Source: an uncultured Pseudomonas sp.
Lineage (GTDB): Bacteria; Pseudomonadota; Gammaproteobacteria; Pseudomonadales; Pseudomonadaceae
Reading direction: 5' to 3'
DNA length: 64,000 bases
NCBI GenBank assembly: GCA_964518735.1
Contig: CAZFKQ010000015.1
Coordinates: 16,979 to 80,978, forward strand
Shown: in pieces, positions 60,818-64,000 of the stretch
Layout of the letters: every line of letters starts with the position of its first letter
Numbering within the stretch: the first letter of the stretch is position 1
The notes under the pieces: generated by a model
What the model saw: only the letters and a program-made list of their open reading frames with translations
The model's database searches: none
Told to the model about the DNA's origin: nothing
Position numbers and translations under genes: made by a program

Positions 60818-63622
60818 TCAGGACGGCAGGACTGCGGCCTGATGGCGGCGCTGTTTTTCCTGCACCCAGTGGGTGATCAGTTCGCGTAGTTGCGACATCT
60901 CCACCGGCTTGGCCATGTGCCCATCCATGCCGACCTGACGTGCGCGCTCCTTGTGTTCGGCAAGGATGTGCGCAGTGAGTGCGACCACAGGGGTGTGCTC
61001 GCGTTGTTCGCGGGCCTCCCAGGCGCGCAGCTGTTCGGTGGCGGAGAAACCATCGAGTACCGGCATTTCGCAGTCCATCAGCACCAGGTCGTATTGCTGC
61101 GCCTGCATGGCGCGCAGGGCCTCTTCGCCATTGCTGGCGGTATCCGGCTGCAGGTTGAGCTTGTTCAGCATGCCGCGGATGACCTTGGTCGAAATGCTGT
61201 TGTCCTCGGCCACCAGAATGCGGAAGTCGCTCGGTGCCAGCAGATTGCTGGCTTCGCTGCTCGATAACGGTGGCAGTGCCTGGCTCTTGTTGCTGCGCTG
61301 GGATAGCTCGTCAGCGAGGGTGGTCTTCAGGGTGTAGCCGGCTACCGGCTTGGCCAGGATGCGTTTGATTCCGGCGTTGCGCGCGATGATCTTGCTTGGC
61401 GCGTTGCTGATCCCGGTGAGCATGATCAGCAGAATGTCGTGGTTTAGGTTGGGGTCTTCCTTGATCTTGGCTGCCAGTTGCATGCCGCTCATGCCGGGCA
61501 TTTCCTGGTCGAGCAGGACCACGTCGAAGTACTCGTGCAGATGTGCCTTGGTGCGCAACAGGGCCAGTGCTTCCTTGCCGGAAGCAACCGCGCTGACCTG
61601 CAGGCCCCAGGCACTGCATTGCTGCTGGAGTACCTTGCGACAGGTTTCGTTGTCGTCCACCACCAGCAGGCGTGCACCTTGCAGTGGGCCATCGAGATCG
61701 GCGGTGGGCTGCTCGAGGCGCTCGGCATCCAGTGGCAGGGTCAGCCACAGGGTGCTGCCCTGAGTGTCGCCGCTCTGAATACCAAACTCGCCATCCATCA
61801 GGCGCACCAGCTGGCGCGCAATGATCAGACCCAGGCGCCCGCCCAGTTTGCTGGCACTGAGGAAGTCGGTGCTATGCAGTTGGGTGTTGAGCAGGGCATC
61901 ACGTTCGCTGGCTTCCAGCGGACGACCGCTGTCCTGCACGGCGATGCGTAGGCGCGGGGCCTTGCCTTCGTTGTCGAGGGCCACCACCAGCAGGATTTCG
62001 CCTTCGTCGGTCTGGCGGAAGGCGTTATCCAGCAGGCTCAGCAGGGTCTGGCGCAGGCGTGTCGGGTCGCCGCTGATCACGCGCGGCACCTGCGGCTGCA
62101 TAAAGCTGATCAGCTCGACGCGCTGCTGCTCGGCCTTGGCGCGGAAGATATCCAGGCAGTCATCGATCAGGGCGTTGAGGTCGAACTGCACGTCGTCCAG
62201 CTCGATCTGCCCGGACTCCAGCTTGGAGATGTCGAGAATCTCGTTGATCAGCGTCAGCAGTTCGTTGCCGGCGCTGTGGATGGTCTGCACATAGTCGCGT
62301 TGCTTGGCCGAGAGCGGGGTGCCGAGCAGCAGTTCGGTCATGCCCAGCACGCCATTCATCGGCGTGCGGATTTCATGGCTGATCTTGGCCAGGAATTCGG
62401 CTTTGGCCTTCAGTTCGGCACTCAGTGCTGCCTCGCTGGTCCGGCGTTTCAGGGTGTCATTCTGGATCTGCCGCTGGCGCTCGGACAGAGCGATGCTAAG
62501 GATCAGACCGCAGAGCATGGCAACGCTAAAGAGGCTGAGCACCAGCCAGCCCGGATTGAGCTGGTCGAAGCCGAACAGCACCGGAATCAGTACGGCGAAG
62601 CCCAGGTTGAAGACCAGCAGTCCCGCTACGATCAGGCGTGCCGGTTGGTAGCCGGCGCGCCAATGCATGAAGGCGATCAGTGGGATGGTTACCGCCGTCA
62701 TGATCACCAAACCATAGACCAGCCAGCTGTGCCAGAACAGGCCGGTGAAGGCGATCATGGCCGCCGCCAGGCTGATCAACAGGAACTCGGCGCGCAATAC
62801 ATGCCGCAAGGCACTGTGCTCGGCCAGGGTGCCGTGGAAGAAGCGCAGGGTGAAGCCGAGGGCGCAGAGGCCGGCGGCCAGCGCTGAAAGGTCGGCGATC
62901 AGCGACTGGTTATAGCTTTGATCGGGTAGCCAAACGGCCAGCAAGCCGATATTGCAGGTGGCGCACAGGGCCAGAGCGATATGCATGCCGGCCAGCCACA
63001 GGTTGCTGGCGGTGGGCGAGTAGGCCATGCGCAGCAGGTTGAACAGGGCCAGCAGGAACAGGCCACCCAGCAGGGCGCCGAACAGATAGGCAGGTTTTTC
63101 CTGGGTTACCAGTTCAGCCTCGTTGATCACCTTGAACCACATCATCAGGGCGTGGTTGGAGGTCATGCGGATATAGGCTTCGCGCGGTTGGCCATCGTTG
63201 GGCTGGCTGAACAGGTAGGCGCGCGAGGGCAGCGGACGGCTGTTCTGCGACAGCGCCTCGCCGGTTTGCAGGTGCTGCTCCAGCTGGCCGTTATTGAGCA
63301 GGTAGTAGTCCAGATTCTGTACGCGCGGGGCGAACAGCCAGAGCCAGTGCGGTGCTTGGTAGGCTGGGGTCTTGATATGCAGCCAGATGGCGTGGCGGGA
63401 GGCCGGGAAGGTGATCGCGCGTTTATCGAGGGGTTGGAAGCGGGCGGATTGGGTGCGAATGTCGTCGAAGCTGAGGGCGGCGCTCTTGTCGAGCAGGATG
63501 GACCAGTTTTCCGGGCTTGCCGTTTGGGCGGAGGCTTCGCCTTCCGCTTGTGCCGTGGGCAGGCAGAGCAGAGTCAGCAGCAGGCTGACGATAAATCCGG
63601 TGGCGATCCTGAGCCGTCGCAC
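60818..63622 (-). CDS. retS: Hybrid sensor kinase (7TMR-DISM, HisKA, two receivers)
   Basis: GTG start (M)RRLRIATG; [11 protein letters not shown]; two REC domains; lies between purD and marC/urt as in P. aeruginosa. Confidence 0.9.
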   Translation of the reverse strand: MRRLRIATGFIVSLLLTLLCLPTAQAEGEASAQTASPENWSILLDKSAALSFDDIRTQSARFQPLDKRAITFPASRHAIWLHIKTPAYQAPHWLWLFAPRVQNLDYYLLNNGQLEQHLQTGEALSQNSRPLPSRAYLFSQPNDGQPREAYIRMTSNHALMMWFKVINEAELVTQEKPAYLFGALLGGLFLLALFNLLRMAYSPTASNLWLAGMHIALALCATCNIGLLAVWLPDQSYNQSLIADLSALAAGLCALGFTLRFFHGTLAEHSALRHVLRAEFLLISLAAAMIAFTGLFWHSWLVYGLVIMTAVTIPLIAFMHWRAGYQPARLIVAGLLVFNLGFAVLIPVLFGFDQLNPGWLVLSLFSVAMLCGLILSIALSERQRQIQNDTLKRRTSEAALSAELKAKAEFLAKISHEIRTPMNGVLGMTELLLGTPLSAKQRDYVQTIHSAGNELLTLINEILDISKLESGQIELDDVQFDLNALIDDCLDIFRAKAEQQRVELISFMQPQVPRVISGDPTRLRQTLLSLLDNAFRQTDEGEILLVVALDNEGKAPRLRIAVQDSGRPLEASERDALLNTQLHSTDFLSASKLGGRLGLIIARQLVRLMDGEFGIQSGDTQGSTLWLTLPLDAERLEQPTADLDGPLQGARLLVVDDNETCRKVLQQQCSAWGLQVSAVASGKEALALLRTKAHLHEYFDVVLLDQEMPGMSGMQLAAKIKEDPNLNHDILLIMLTGISNAPSKIIARNAGIKRILAKPVAGYTLKTTLADELSQRSNKSQALPPLSSSEASNLLAPSDFRILVAEDNSISTKVIRGMLNKLNLQPDTASNGEEALRAMQAQQYDLVLMDCEMPVLDGFSATEQLRAWEAREQREHTPVVALTAHILAEHKERARQVGMDGHMAKPVEMSQLRELITHWVQEKQRRHQAAVLPS

Positions 63623-63672
63623 GGGCGAAATCCCTTCGATGGAGAATCGCCAGATTATAGCCATGGCAAATA

Positions 63673-63704
63673 CACAAAAGGCAGCTGTTAGGCTGCCTTT
63701 TGTG
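63673..63704. terminator. Hairpin after purD
   Basis: CACAAAAGGCAGC-TGTTAG-GCTGCCTTTTGTG. Confidence 0.75.
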
Positions 63705-63735
63705 CGGGCTTTACCGGATATTTACCCGGTTTTGC

Positions 63736-64000
63736 TCAAACTTCGCCGCGTTCGCGGGCGATGGCACGGTAGCCAATGTCTTTACGGTAGAAGCAGCCGT
63801 TCCAGCTGATCTTCTCGGCCAGGCGATAGGCCTGCTGCTGGGCTTCAGAAACCGTACGACCGATGGCGGTGGCGCAGAGTACGCGACCGCCAGCGGTGAT
63901 CACCTGGCCAGCTGCGTTCAGCGCGGTGCCGGCATGGAACACCTTGCCATCCAGTTGCGCGGCCTCGCTCAGGCCTTCGATCACGTCGCCCTTGGCGTAG
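63736..64000 (-). CDS. purD: Phosphoribosylamine-glycine ligase, 3' part (runs off the window's right edge)
   Basis: VFHAGT, TAGGRVLCATA, FYRKDIGYRA. Confidence 0.95.
   Translation of the reverse strand, partial: YAKGDVIEGLSEAAQLDGKVFHAGTALNAAGQVITAGGRVLCATAIGRTVSEAQQQAYRLAEKISWNGCFYRKDIGYRAIARERGEV

Overview
Mostly core chromosome of a GC-rich Pseudomonas (inferred from gene content and order). Left to right: rpoN (partial), lptBAC, kdsCD, mlaFEDCB, ibaG, murA, hisGDC; a small lipoprotein, a YegD-type Hsp70, two orphan solute-binding proteins and an orphan GspF/PilC-family gene; oxaloacetate decarboxylase, ybiI, bamD, rluD, pgeF, clpB; PilZ and DUF1631 genes; tRNA-Asn/Pro/Lys; ndh and small conserved genes; yacG-coaE-pilD-pilC-pilB; the pilin locus ending at tRNA-Thr; nadC, a second DUF1631 gene, ampDE, a ROK kinase, an MCP, tatD; ureC-ureB-GNAT-ureA-ureD, urtEDCBA, marC, retS and purD (partial). 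The standout is the lower-GC pilin cassette (about 34.0-40.7 kb). In place of a one-piece Pseudomonas pilin with tfpO/Y/Z/W accessory genes, it encodes a 61-aa pilin that is only the N-terminal helix, followed by a separate Sec-exported 148-aa protein with six Cys. Behind these come an ABC-2 permease, a TPR-like membrane protein and an ABC ATPase. This resembles the split PilA-N/PilA-C plus Xap system of Geobacter and the PilG/H/I system of Myxococcus, yet it is driven by an ordinary Pseudomonas sigma54/PilR-type promoter. No integrase, transposase or CRISPR array was seen. Several REP-like palindrome families are present. Comparisons to named organisms come from memory and need database confirmation.
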